From contig JAJZKU010000004.1 in the NCBI GenBank assembly GCA_021850705.1, positions 1-60,256 of the forward strand: 60,256 nucleotides of DNA. Reading direction: 5' to 3'. Numbering within the stretch: the stretch's first letter is position 1; the number at the start of each line of letters is the position of its first letter. The notes under the pieces are model-generated. The model ran no database searches, had not been told where the DNA came from, and saw only the letters and a program-made list of their open reading frames with translations. This DNA comes from Candidatus Micrarchaeota archaeon (GTDB taxonomy: Archaea > Micrarchaeota > Micrarchaeia > Micrarchaeales > CABMGC01). Positions 28,630-37,695 of the stretch are shown piece by piece. Both the position numbers and the translations under genes were made by a program.

Positions 28630-30045
28630 GTGCCTAAAAGACTTCCAGATGACATAGACAGGGCTGTACGGACTATACGGAAGGAGTATGGCCATTACGT
28701 CCAGGCAAAATTCATGCATGGGAAGTACAGGCTCTTTGAGGCAACAAGTATCTACGATCCTGAAAAGAAGAAACCCAAGAAGGTCACACGATACCTGGGG
28801 TGGCTTACAGAGAGCGGACAGCTGATACCTGCCAGGCACAATGATTTGAAGACAAAGATCTTCAACAAACTTGAGGAGGATACTGAAAAGAAGATAAAGG
28901 AACTGGAAGAATCACTGAAGGAAGCGGAGAAGAAGAGTTACGAAGAAGGGATAAGGAAGAAGAATACAGAAAAACATGAACGCGACATTCTAAGGGCACT
29001 CTCAATGAATGCAAGGATAACCGTTCCAGAACTTGCGAAGATAACAGGACTCGGCAACACTGCAGTTAACTACCATCTGAGAAACCTAGAAAGACGATAC
29101 GACATAAAGTACCTATTGGAAATAGACATAGAAAAATTCGGATACATAAATTACATAGCCTTTGTAAAGTTCAAGGATAAAAGGCCGACATACGAGGAGA
29201 TGAAGAGTCAGCTTGAAGCAATCCCATACGTCCAGGTAGCAATGACAACAAAGGGAATTTATGATATGGTCATTTTCCTAGTAGTAGAAGCAAACAGTGA
29301 TGCAAGATCATCACTATACGATTTAATTAGCTTCGCATTCCCCTCTTATAATGTCGATTGGACAATGACTCCTGCATATTTCGGTGGTTTTGGGTTTATC
29401 CCATTAAGAGACCAATTCTTCGAGATTCTTAAAGAAAAGGTGTGGACAAGAACAAAGGAAAAACCAAGACCTGTACATGATGAAATAACAGAGATAGAAT
29501 ACAAAGTGCTAAGAGCAATGAATGATAATGCAGCAGCAGATTTTACATCTATAGATAAAGAGATAGGAGCAGATACTGGCAGATCAAATTATGCGTTCCA
29601 CCAGCTTATTAAAAGAGGGATAATAAAAAGAGCTACTATAAATATGCAAAATATTAACTCTAAATTTGATGTGATGTTCTTACTTAGCCATGAAAATTAT
29701 AATGAATGGGCTCCATATAGAGAAAAGTTACTTATAGAAATAATAGAAGAAAAAAGTCATCACGATACTTACTCATTTACTTGTGATACAATGTCTCCAA
29801 GAGGCGTATTGCTAATCACACACATCAAAAAAAATGAAAATCCAGAAGAAAAAGTTGAAAAACTATCAAATAAAATAAAAGGTATGTGTTTTAACACATT
29901 GATAATAACAAATCAAGTGCTTGGATTAACAAATAATAGATTATATGATAAAACTCAGTCGAGACAATACGAAGTACTAATATCTGGATATAACTATACT
30001 CCAGAAAAGATACATAGTATACTCGAACACGAAAATCGTGATTAA
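28630..30045 (+). CDS. Tandem Lrp/AsnC-type regulator with an extra transposase-like N-terminal domain
   Basis: ILRALSMNARITVPELAKITG HTH, TKGIYDM RAM domain, second HTH VLRAMNDNA...LIKRGIIK; N-terminus FEATSIYDPEKKKPKKVTRYLG. Confidence 0.75.
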   Translation: MPKRLPDDIDRAVRTIRKEYGHYVQAKFMHGKYRLFEATSIYDPEKKKPKKVTRYLGWLTESGQLIPARHNDLKTKIFNKLEEDTEKKIKELEESLKEAEKKSYEEGIRKKNTEKHERDILRALSMNARITVPELAKITGLGNTAVNYHLRNLERRYDIKYLLEIDIEKFGYINYIAFVKFKDKRPTYEEMKSQLEAIPYVQVAMTTKGIYDMVIFLVVEANSDARSSLYDLISFAFPSYNVDWTMTPAYFGGFGFIPLRDQFFEILKEKVWTRTKEKPRPVHDEITEIEYKVLRAMNDNAAADFTSIDKEIGADTGRSNYAFHQLIKRGIIKRATINMQNINSKFDVMFLLSHENYNEWAPYREKLLIEIIEEKSHHDTYSFTCDTMSPRGVLLITHIKKNENPEEKVEKLSNKIKGMCFNTLIITNQVLGLTNNRLYDKTQSRQYEVLISGYNYTPEKIHSILEHENRD

Positions 30046-30080
30046 CTACTACTTCCTCCTCCGCCAGGTCCTCCTAACAT
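30042..30080 (-). CDS. Putative 12-aa Gly/Ser micro-peptide MLGGPGGGGSSS
   Basis: AGGTGA RBS just before the ATG and a TTTAAA box about 30 nt upstream; GC-rich codons in AT-rich surroundings. Confidence 0.4.
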   Translation of the reverse strand: MLGGPGGGGSSS

Positions 30081-30281
30081 ATTTTCACCTAAATGAAAGT
30101 ATTTTCAAATCTTTAAAAACCATGCTGCTATCAAAATATATCCATGTATAACCACGTCAATCAACGATTGAGCAGGTTGCTAATTTATAAACCTGCCTTT
30201 AATCTGCCTAATTGTTAACGACGGACATACGATAACTATTTATATGTGGAAATGCACATCAAATAGTAAGGTATGTAGCTC

Positions 30282-31151
30282 TTGACCAGAGAGCTTCACA
30301 GGGTTGGTATAGTGGTAGAAAGAGTAGCAACAGGGATAAAAGGATTCGACCAGCTAGTAGAAGGGGGATTCCCAAAAAGGTCATCAATACTTATAACAGG
30401 TCCTCCTGGAAGTGGCAAATCTATATTCTCAATGCAGTATATATATAACGGAGCAATGAATGGGGAGAATGGAGTTTACGTTTATATGGACTCTGCCCTA
30501 GACATTTTAAAAACGCAGGCTAAGCAATTCGGAATGGACTTTGAAAAGCTGGAGCAGGAAGGAAAGGTAACATTTATACATGTGCCTTTGACCAAGAGGA
30601 AATTCGACCTTTTCTATAATATAGAAGATTCAGTTAAGAAAATAAGTGCACAGAGGCTAGTTTTCGATAGCCTGCCAACCTTTGTAATAAACATGGACCT
30701 GTTTACAGTACCTGCTGCATATTCTGGAGCTGCAGCATCAACGGTAACCACTACAAGAGATCTGATAGCTACAAACAGCAGTGCACTTGCAGCTTCTCCT
30801 AAACAAGATAGTGATAAAATTGTGTATCAGGGCGACCAGGAAAAAAGAATTGTAAGTATAACCATAGATCAGCTGAGAAAACTTGAAACCACTAACCTTA
30901 TAGCAACGTTTGGAAACGAAGAGCTCAACAAAGTCACTATGGATGGTATAAGTGAATATGCGTGTGATGGAGTTATAGCTATGAATATCCAACACATAGC
31001 AAAGAAAACAGTAAGAAGTATAACGATTAAAAAAATGCGCAATACTAAACAGGAGCTGGATGACTTTTTACTAAACATATCCGAAAAAGGCCTGAGCGTA
31101 GAGAAAGAAAGCGTATTTGAAGGTTCCAAAATATCCGGAATCAACGAATAG
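30282..31151 (+). CDS. KaiC/GvpD/RAD55-family single-domain ATPase
   Basis: RVATGIKGFDQLVEGGFP, GPPGSGKS, RLVFDS, EYACDGVI, IKKMRNT; true start may be GTG 30312. Confidence 0.88.
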   Translation: MTRELHRVGIVVERVATGIKGFDQLVEGGFPKRSSILITGPPGSGKSIFSMQYIYNGAMNGENGVYVYMDSALDILKTQAKQFGMDFEKLEQEGKVTFIHVPLTKRKFDLFYNIEDSVKKISAQRLVFDSLPTFVINMDLFTVPAAYSGAAASTVTTTRDLIATNSSALAASPKQDSDKIVYQGDQEKRIVSITIDQLRKLETTNLIATFGNEELNKVTMDGISEYACDGVIAMNIQHIAKKTVRSITIKKMRNTKQELDDFLLNISEKGLSVEKESVFEGSKISGINE

Positions 31152-31156
31152 ATGCT

Positions 31157-32755
31157 ATGATGGTAGAAAAAATAGATAATTTAATAGGAGGACAGCCGAT
31201 TAATCTTGGCAAGGCTTATTTTACAGTGGAAAGTCCATTTTACAAAGATCTTAAAGTATCGATTGCAGATTCAAGTCAACTTGACATATCTATTGCTTTA
31301 TCTAAGATAAAAAACGCATGGGAAGATTGCCAAAAATTAAGTTTTAATGAAAGAGCAGATATAGTAGAAAAAGCCGCTTCAAAACTGAAGTTTACAGAAG
31401 ATGAAATAAACTCTATAGTAAAAATGCTAGGCATGCCCAAAAAATATGTTTCAATGCAGATAAACCAGATAATAGCGATAATGCAGACATTTAGAGAAAC
31501 AGTGTCTAAAAGGTACGGTTTTATAGATGAAAAGATAGGAACAAATTTCATAGAAAATGACAACTTTCATAAAATAGAATTCAGAATTCCTAAAAAAGGT
31601 TTCATCTACGCTGTTACTCCTGGAAATGACCCAAGAGTAACCTCTGTTGTATTAACTATACTTGCCCTGCTTGGCATACCTGGAATAATTAAACCTAGCA
31701 AAAACGATTATATAATCCCTATAAAAGTTGCAAAAGCAATAGTCGATGCCGGATATCCGAAAAATGGTTTAACAATATTATTCTTAAATTCAGAAAACCC
31801 TAAGTCAAAGGAATATAATTTCAGGATATGCGATGCATCCATGGCGATATGGCCGTTCGGAGACGAAAATACTGTAGACAACCTTTTAAGGATAGAAAAG
31901 CATGATGTATTCGATATAGAAAAATTCCTAAGTGACAAAAAAATAAATAACCTGAAAAACAACTTTCCAGAATTTTTAGCTGAATTGGAGAAAAGCAAAA
32001 ATTACATCGATACATATATGCTTACACAGACTATAGATCATTTTGCATCAAAACTTGTCCTTAGGCATGCATCTGGTAGATGTGCAGGAGTACTGGACGA
32101 AGATTTTGATCTGAATCTTGCAGCTAAGATGGCAATAGAATCGTCTATGGCATATCCGATAGGCTGTAATTCTATGAAATCATTATTTGTTGTAGAATCA
32201 GTATTCGACAAATTTGTGAACATACTTAAACAAGAGGTTATCAAGCTTGACAAGAAGACTTCAGACCCACTAAATCCAGATACCGAAGTTGGTTATGTTG
32301 ATAAAGAAATAGTCAACTTCATAGAAAAAAGAGTAGAGGAACTTAAGTTGCTACAGCAGGTATCAATATTGCATGGGGGTAAAAAGATAAGTCCGGTCCA
32401 ACTTACTCCTCTTATCGTCTCAACAAATGATCTAAACTCTGAATTATTGATAAACGAGATATCTGGGTATATATTATGCTTAACTAAAGTTAAATCGTTC
32501 CAAGAAGGCATATCAGAGATAAACAGATTATCTAAGAATTCGCCAAAACTGGCCATAAGCTATTTCACTAATAGCACTACTAACATGAAACACTATGTTA
32601 ATGCGCATCATGTAAAGATAAACCACGTTACTACAGACCTAGACGGGATAGTTCATGAAGGCAACGATTATATAATGCAACTTACGAGACCATATATGGT
32701 GCATCTGAACAAAGAACATACTAAAAATCATCCGTATAGGAAGGTGGCGAACTAA
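31157..32755 (+). CDS. Aldehyde dehydrogenase-superfamily protein, LuxC-like acyl reductase
   Basis: TPGNDP, IIKPS, WPFGDENTV, catalytic GCNS, DPLNPDTEVG, NEISG; ALDH ELGG motif replaced by HASG. Confidence 0.7.
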   Translation: MMVEKIDNLIGGQPINLGKAYFTVESPFYKDLKVSIADSSQLDISIALSKIKNAWEDCQKLSFNERADIVEKAASKLKFTEDEINSIVKMLGMPKKYVSMQINQIIAIMQTFRETVSKRYGFIDEKIGTNFIENDNFHKIEFRIPKKGFIYAVTPGNDPRVTSVVLTILALLGIPGIIKPSKNDYIIPIKVAKAIVDAGYPKNGLTILFLNSENPKSKEYNFRICDASMAIWPFGDENTVDNLLRIEKHDVFDIEKFLSDKKINNLKNNFPEFLAELEKSKNYIDTYMLTQTIDHFASKLVLRHASGRCAGVLDEDFDLNLAAKMAIESSMAYPIGCNSMKSLFVVESVFDKFVNILKQEVIKLDKKTSDPLNPDTEVGYVDKEIVNFIEKRVEELKLLQQVSILHGGKKISPVQLTPLIVSTNDLNSELLINEISGYILCLTKVKSFQEGISEINRLSKNSPKLAISYFTNSTTNMKHYVNAHHVKINHVTTDLDGIVHEGNDYIMQLTRPYMVHLNKEHTKNHPYRKVAN

Positions 32756-33231
32756 TGCACAAAAAAGCAGAAGAATTAATGTTTGCAGATCTTCTCCGTT
32801 TCAGAGAAGACGGTAGAATAGACCTTTTTAACAACGCTGCTTTCTTACTTCCAAGTGAATTCATACTAAAAATGGAAGAGCATCTTTCTCCGGAAGAAAT
32901 TTACGTATTAGCTAAAAAAATACCCTTGCCTATTATAAAAATATTATCTGATAGGGAGATGAAGGAACTAGAAAGATTGGATTTCCTATTACAACTTGCA
33001 GAGGTTTTAGGAATGGGCAGCATCAGCGTTCCAAATTTCGATCAGAATAACGCGGCGCATCAAGTAATAATAACAAATACTAATCCAAATAAGGTATCAT
33101 GCCATCATACTAGGGGATATCTGGCCTCAATATTCTCAGATGCCTTAAAAAAGAACTTTGAATGCGAAGAAAACCAATGTGTCTCAAGAGGCGCAGACAG
33201 CTGCAAATTCACTATATCTGTTAAAGGCTAG
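32755..33231 (+). CDS. V4R (4-vinyl reductase) domain protein
   Basis: GRIDLFN, LGMG, CHHTRGYLASIFS, ECEENQCVSRGADSCKF. Confidence 0.85.
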   Translation: MHKKAEELMFADLLRFREDGRIDLFNNAAFLLPSEFILKMEEHLSPEEIYVLAKKIPLPIIKILSDREMKELERLDFLLQLAEVLGMGSISVPNFDQNNAAHQVIITNTNPNKVSCHHTRGYLASIFSDALKKNFECEENQCVSRGADSCKFTISVKG

Positions 33232-34409
33232 CCTATACAGCAACCTGCTGATATTATATCATTAGGATTATCTATGCGGCTGATATCTGATATAACCTTA
33301 CTTTTAAGACCGCATTCACATTCAGACTCATTCTTAATCGTTGTTGCTTCGTCTCCAGGCGCATATCTTATATACACCGTGCCCTCACGAGCAATTGTAG
33401 TATAAATTAACAGTCCCTTTTCTCCTTTTTTTGCAGGTACTATAACGCCATCCTCCTCTTTTACTACTTCTACATAATGGGGCCCGTTAAACACGTGTAA
33501 TGCGTTGAACTGGCATACCTTATTACTTTCTATGGAACTGATATTCCCTCCTTGAGGTATGGCCTCTGAGGAACCTAAGAAGCTAGCAATGGGTTTTCTG
33601 AAAGCTTTTGACCAGTTTACAACTTCATCTATTACATTATAACCTGCTAATGCAATCTTATCAATATTGTTTTCTATAACATCATGCCCTGCTTCTACCA
33701 AGGAAAGGAAACTTGTTCCTCCTCCTTTAGATACCTTATCTCCTTCTGTGATGGGCCCTTGTGAAGTTATTAATGAATTTATCTTATACTGTTTAATAGT
33801 CTCTATAACATCATCTGAAGAATCTGTAGAACGTCTAGGTATGTATGTTGCACCAATCTTCAATATCGCTTCTTTTAGTTCTTCACCGCCCTTATGCGTC
33901 GGATTATAAGTACACATTATTCTATCATTCTCGTTAAAACCTGCGTATGCAAGAACACGAGCAAGCCCTGCACTTTCTATCTCCCTATCAAGCGGAGTGA
34001 TGAACGTTGGAGTCGCAGTCCCTTTTGTTCCTCCTGATTTATATACTTGATAATTAGATTTAATGCCGCTTGGCAATAACATATAAGGATCTGTCAGTAT
34101 CTTATCCCTAAATCCGACACCACTTGACGTTGAATCTTTAACAAGAATTGGTACAGAACTAAAATCTTCAAACGAATCAATCTTCGGGATGTTTTTGTAT
34201 GCGTTTTTATAAACAGGTATCTTATTTATTGCGCGATCAAGGCTGAACCTTAAGAAAGGTAAAAGAGCCTCTTCTAATTCTCCCTTATTTAACAGTTCCC
34301 AGGAAGAGTTTTGCCATATACTCGTAGGTATCTCCAGTGGAGACAGATACTTTCCATTACGGACATCTTCTTGAAACTCTTTAAATTCTTCATCTATTTT
34401 TAATTGCAT
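33228..34409 (-). CDS. Adenylate-forming enzyme, PaaK/LuxE-like
   Basis: VPILVKD, KSGGTKG, LGSSE, HYVEVV, GLLIYTT, IRYAPGD, CECG; ends GCCIG shortly after the hinge Arg. Confidence 0.75.
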   Translation of the reverse strand: MQLKIDEEFKEFQEDVRNGKYLSPLEIPTSIWQNSSWELLNKGELEEALLPFLRFSLDRAINKIPVYKNAYKNIPKIDSFEDFSSVPILVKDSTSSGVGFRDKILTDPYMLLPSGIKSNYQVYKSGGTKGTATPTFITPLDREIESAGLARVLAYAGFNENDRIMCTYNPTHKGGEELKEAILKIGATYIPRRSTDSSDDVIETIKQYKINSLITSQGPITEGDKVSKGGGTSFLSLVEAGHDVIENNIDKIALAGYNVIDEVVNWSKAFRKPIASFLGSSEAIPQGGNISSIESNKVCQFNALHVFNGPHYVEVVKEEDGVIVPAKKGEKGLLIYTTIAREGTVYIRYAPGDEATTIKNESECECGLKSKVISDISRIDNPNDIISAGCCIG

Positions 34410-34432
34410 AAAATCCCTATAATTACTATATG

Positions 34433-35803
34433 CTATTTCTTGCTTGTAAGAAGTCTACTGTAAAATACAAATATGTTATTTGTTAGATGGTGACAGCTTG
34501 CCAAATCCCCTTCTTTAGAACCTATCTCTCCAGAAGTAGTAAACCCTACGATGTTGGCGCCTCGAAATCCTTGCTTAAGCTTCTTTAAGTCTTCTGGAAA
34601 TTGCTCCTTCATAACGTTTTTACGAGTAAGGCAGGAGGTTAAAAGTATTAAGCTAGGTTGATTAGTCTCTTCAGTATATTGTTGTATATTAGTAACTATC
34701 TCGTCAGTAGCGCTGAATAAATTTTTAGGATCTCCATCCATCAAGAATATAGGTGCCCCCTCTATAACTGGTGCAGGATATGCCAGACTCTCGTTATCGG
34801 GTCCTGTAGGAACACCTCCTCCTCTTACTATTATGTTACCTAATGTATCTACCATTCCTATGGGCCATCTTTGAGTAATTCCGAGTGTCATCGCACTGTC
34901 TACAAACTCCTTTTTACTCATCTTAAGTTTTTTAGAGTACCAGTCAACAGGCTTCTGTCCGGATATCTCATCAACTACATATCCGCCAAGCGATGTCTTA
35001 CTAACTACATCTAAAGATCCTGTTTTCTTGGCACCATGTGCCATGGAATATCCATAAAGCATGCTGGTAACAGTAAACATGATTATCAAACCATCTTTGT
35101 AGACTTTACCAGAATGGAGCGAATATATGTCATATTTATTCATTATGTTTTCTAAAGAGGTTTCAAAGCTTCCTCCCCATATTGGTACCTGCCTGCCAAC
35201 AGTATCAGATATGCCTAAAATAATCTTATCCTCTTCTCCCATCTTAGGCAATTTGAACCCGTTAACAAAAACATGGATATAATAAGGTGGTACCTTTACA
35301 ATGCCCCTAATATCTCCGCTCTTCAGTCTAAGTGCTTGCATATAAGGGTCAACGTAATTATCAATCGATAATTTTGTTAATGCCTCTTTAGACACCTTCT
35401 TGGCAACTCCGAAAGAATCTTCGGAAGCACCATCTGCAGAAGCAATACCAACATGTAAGAAATCAGACTGTATACTTGCTACAACAACTCCTTTGTCAAG
35501 GACCTTATTATCGTATATTACGCTTCCTCCTAAACCTCCAACAAACTCAGTATTCTTTAAGACCTCCTTTAAACCTTTAGTCAGTTCATATGGGTCGTAA
35601 TTTCCAGAGAAAAATACATAACTAACAGTGGGATCCTTCCCATTAAGTTTAGACAATGCCTGCTGTGCAGCCTCCTTTGCCGCCAGATATGCATTAGCAT
35701 TAACAGACATTCCACTTCCAACTAACATTGTTGTATTTTCAGAACTCTTTATATCTTGCAGTTTCCCCCATTTAGTTACCAACCCATCTTCCATATAATT
35801 CAC
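34433..35803 (-). CDS. FIST (N and C) sensory domain protein
   Basis: VGSGMS, AAKEAAQQAL, PIWGG, VDEISGQKP, SCLTR, GFTTSGEIG, HHLT. Confidence 0.85.
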   Translation of the reverse strand: MNYMEDGLVTKWGKLQDIKSSENTTMLVGSGMSVNANAYLAAKEAAQQALSKLNGKDPTVSYVFFSGNYDPYELTKGLKEVLKNTEFVGGLGGSVIYDNKVLDKGVVVASIQSDFLHVGIASADGASEDSFGVAKKVSKEALTKLSIDNYVDPYMQALRLKSGDIRGIVKVPPYYIHVFVNGFKLPKMGEEDKIILGISDTVGRQVPIWGGSFETSLENIMNKYDIYSLHSGKVYKDGLIIMFTVTSMLYGYSMAHGAKKTGSLDVVSKTSLGGYVVDEISGQKPVDWYSKKLKMSKKEFVDSAMTLGITQRWPIGMVDTLGNIIVRGGGVPTGPDNESLAYPAPVIEGAPIFLMDGDPKNLFSATDEIVTNIQQYTEETNQPSLILLTSCLTRKNVMKEQFPEDLKKLKQGFRGANIVGFTTSGEIGSKEGDLASCHHLTNNIFVFYSRLLTSKK

Positions 35804-36234
35804 CCTAACTTACTGAGCCCTTTTTTACCAGAAGGAACGATTGACCTTTCAACCTTCTTTATCTCAATCGATTCAACCAACATAGGTCGTAAACGGCTCG
35901 GTATTGTTTTGTTAAGCGTCTCTTCAAGTGAGCTCTTGAATTGTTCTGCATTCTCCTTTTCCTTAAAATGCCCTATTAACGTAATAGGAGTGCCTATAAG
36001 AAGTTCAAGCAAACCATCTTTCATAATTAGCCTATGGAAAAATCTTGTTTCTAAGAAATCAGCTCCAAGATAAACAGACTCATATTTTAATGAAGATTCA
36101 AGATCTAAAATGAATTGCTTTAAGTTTCCAATGGCTATCTCCTCCTGCCTTGTTAAGATATTCTCTCTTTCTAATTTAAATGGTAAAATCCCACTAAAAT
36201 CTACAAGAACTACATCGTATGACTCTTTAATCAT
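35800..36234 (-). CDS. Hypothetical protein
   Basis: 144-aa ORF overlapping the FIST gene start; first gene of the minus-strand operon. Confidence 0.65.
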   Translation of the reverse strand: MIKESYDVVLVDFSGILPFKLERENILTRQEEIAIGNLKQFILDLESSLKYESVYLGADFLETRFFHRLIMKDGLLELLIGTPITLIGHFKEKENAEQFKSSLEETLNKTIPSRLRPMLVESIEIKKVERSIVPSGKKGLSKLG

Positions 36235-36325
36235 AATATCCCTATATTACTAATTTACTACTAACTTATATGAGTAATATATGCTCTATAAATCTTTCGT
36301 AAAGGCTTAAAGACAGATTAAATGG

Positions 36326-36844
36326 TCACACTGATATTTTCTCCTTGTTTTTCTTGTACCAGTCAAAGAGAAGCAGGAAGGTAGGCACAAACCTTTCCCC
36401 GTTCCTTATCTTCATCTCTATCTCTTCAATCGTATAACACTCCTGTGATCCTGCATCTTCATGCAAACGCGGCTTCCTGTCAGACCTTGTAATATAAAGT
36501 CTGACAAACTCATTCTTGGTATCAGGTCCTAAAGGAAGATCATAACAGGGCTTCAGCTCAAGGCCTTCTATTCCAAGCTCTTCGAGCGCTTCCCTGCGTG
36601 CAGCCTCATCATAACTCTCACCCTTACTCACATGGCCTGCGGCAGACGAGTCATAAAAACCAGGATGCGTATCCACGCTCTGTCCCCTTCTCTCTATCCA
36701 TAACCTTCCATCTGAATCAAGCATGAATATATGCACAGCTCTATGGAGCTTGTCTGTTTTGTGAACCCCTTTCCTCGGAGTCTCCCCGATTACCCTGTTA
36801 TTCTCATCTACCACATCAACCATTTCAACCTGTTCGGCTTCCAT
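36326..36844 (-). CDS. Nudix hydrolase, IPP isomerase type 1 / YfcD-like
   Basis: VDVVDENN, LHRAVHIF, DSSAAGHVSKGESYDEAARREALEELGI. Confidence 0.8.
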   Translation of the reverse strand: MEAEQVEMVDVVDENNRVIGETPRKGVHKTDKLHRAVHIFMLDSDGRLWIERRGQSVDTHPGFYDSSAAGHVSKGESYDEAARREALEELGIEGLELKPCYDLPLGPDTKNEFVRLYITRSDRKPRLHEDAGSQECYTIEEIEMKIRNGERFVPTFLLLFDWYKKNKEKISV

Positions 36845-36906
36845 TCATATCACCATAATCGCGTTTTATACATCTTACAAAGTTTTCAATATAACTAAAT
36901 ATTGGA

Positions 36907-37695
36907 CTATCCTCCTCCGCTGCTGTAGTCCTTCAGCAGTGTGTAGAATATCTTCCTTGAAACGAAGATAACGACTAATGATAGCAACAGTGCTGCAGCT
37001 ACTGCAGTAGGGCCGATCATGCCGAAAAGTGCTTCTGCAGGATAGTAGTATGCTATTCCTATTGGCATTGCAAGGGTGAATATCAGCTGCCCAAGTACTC
37101 CATAAACGCTTAATGGGTATGTACCTGCATTGCTGAGCATGCTCTCCATATTATTTATGAATTGCCCGCTCTTGAACAAACGATAAGAGAGAATGGACAT
37201 CATCACGAAGAACATCAGGAACGCAGCAGTGCCTGTGATGAAGAGCAATGCAAAGTAAACTAACTGCATTGCGGTTATGCCGAGATGCATTGCCGAATAG
37301 ATAAACAAAGCAAGTCCAGACATGAAACCTGCGGAGTCCCAGACCATGCCGAAGCCGCCAGAGATTATCGTAAGGTAGCCGTAGGGCTTCGTGAACCACA
37401 TGTCCATGTTCCCTCTCCTAAGCCTCTGTGCCACATCCCACGGGGCTATCATATAATCTACGAACCCGAACATCATTGATGTAATGCTGGACAGTGCAAG
37501 CACCTGGAAGTAGGACCATCCTGGTATGCCGCTCGATACTGTGTAAATAACAGTTATCGCCACTATGCTGTTTAAGATCACGAGTAAATCAGCAAATAAC
37601 CATATGAAAGCCTGCCATCTGTATATAAGGAAGCTCTTCCATGCCATCTTCTGCACGTTGATCAAAAAACTTAGATTATCTATGAATCTGCTCAT
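36907..37695 (-). CDS. ABC-2 type transporter permease (DUF990-like)
   Basis: About 6 TM; GWSY, G.MD....KP, YPLSVY, YYPA, C-terminal YSSGGG. Confidence 0.85.
   Translation of the reverse strand: MSRFIDNLSFLINVQKMAWKSFLIYRWQAFIWLFADLLVILNSIVAITVIYTVSSGIPGWSYFQVLALSSITSMMFGFVDYMIAPWDVAQRLRRGNMDMWFTKPYGYLTIISGGFGMVWDSAGFMSGLALFIYSAMHLGITAMQLVYFALLFITGTAAFLMFFVMMSILSYRLFKSGQFINNMESMLSNAGTYPLSVYGVLGQLIFTLAMPIGIAYYYPAEALFGMIGPTAVAAALLLSLVVIFVSRKIFYTLLKDYSSGGG

Noticed and set aside
28630-30045. Active IS transposase
   Set aside because: No DDE catalytic domain or terminal inverted repeats seen; the rest of the protein is Lrp-like
30282-36234. Bioluminescence operon or circadian clock
   Set aside because: No luxA/luxB/luxD and no kaiA/kaiB in the window; the KaiC-like protein has a single domain
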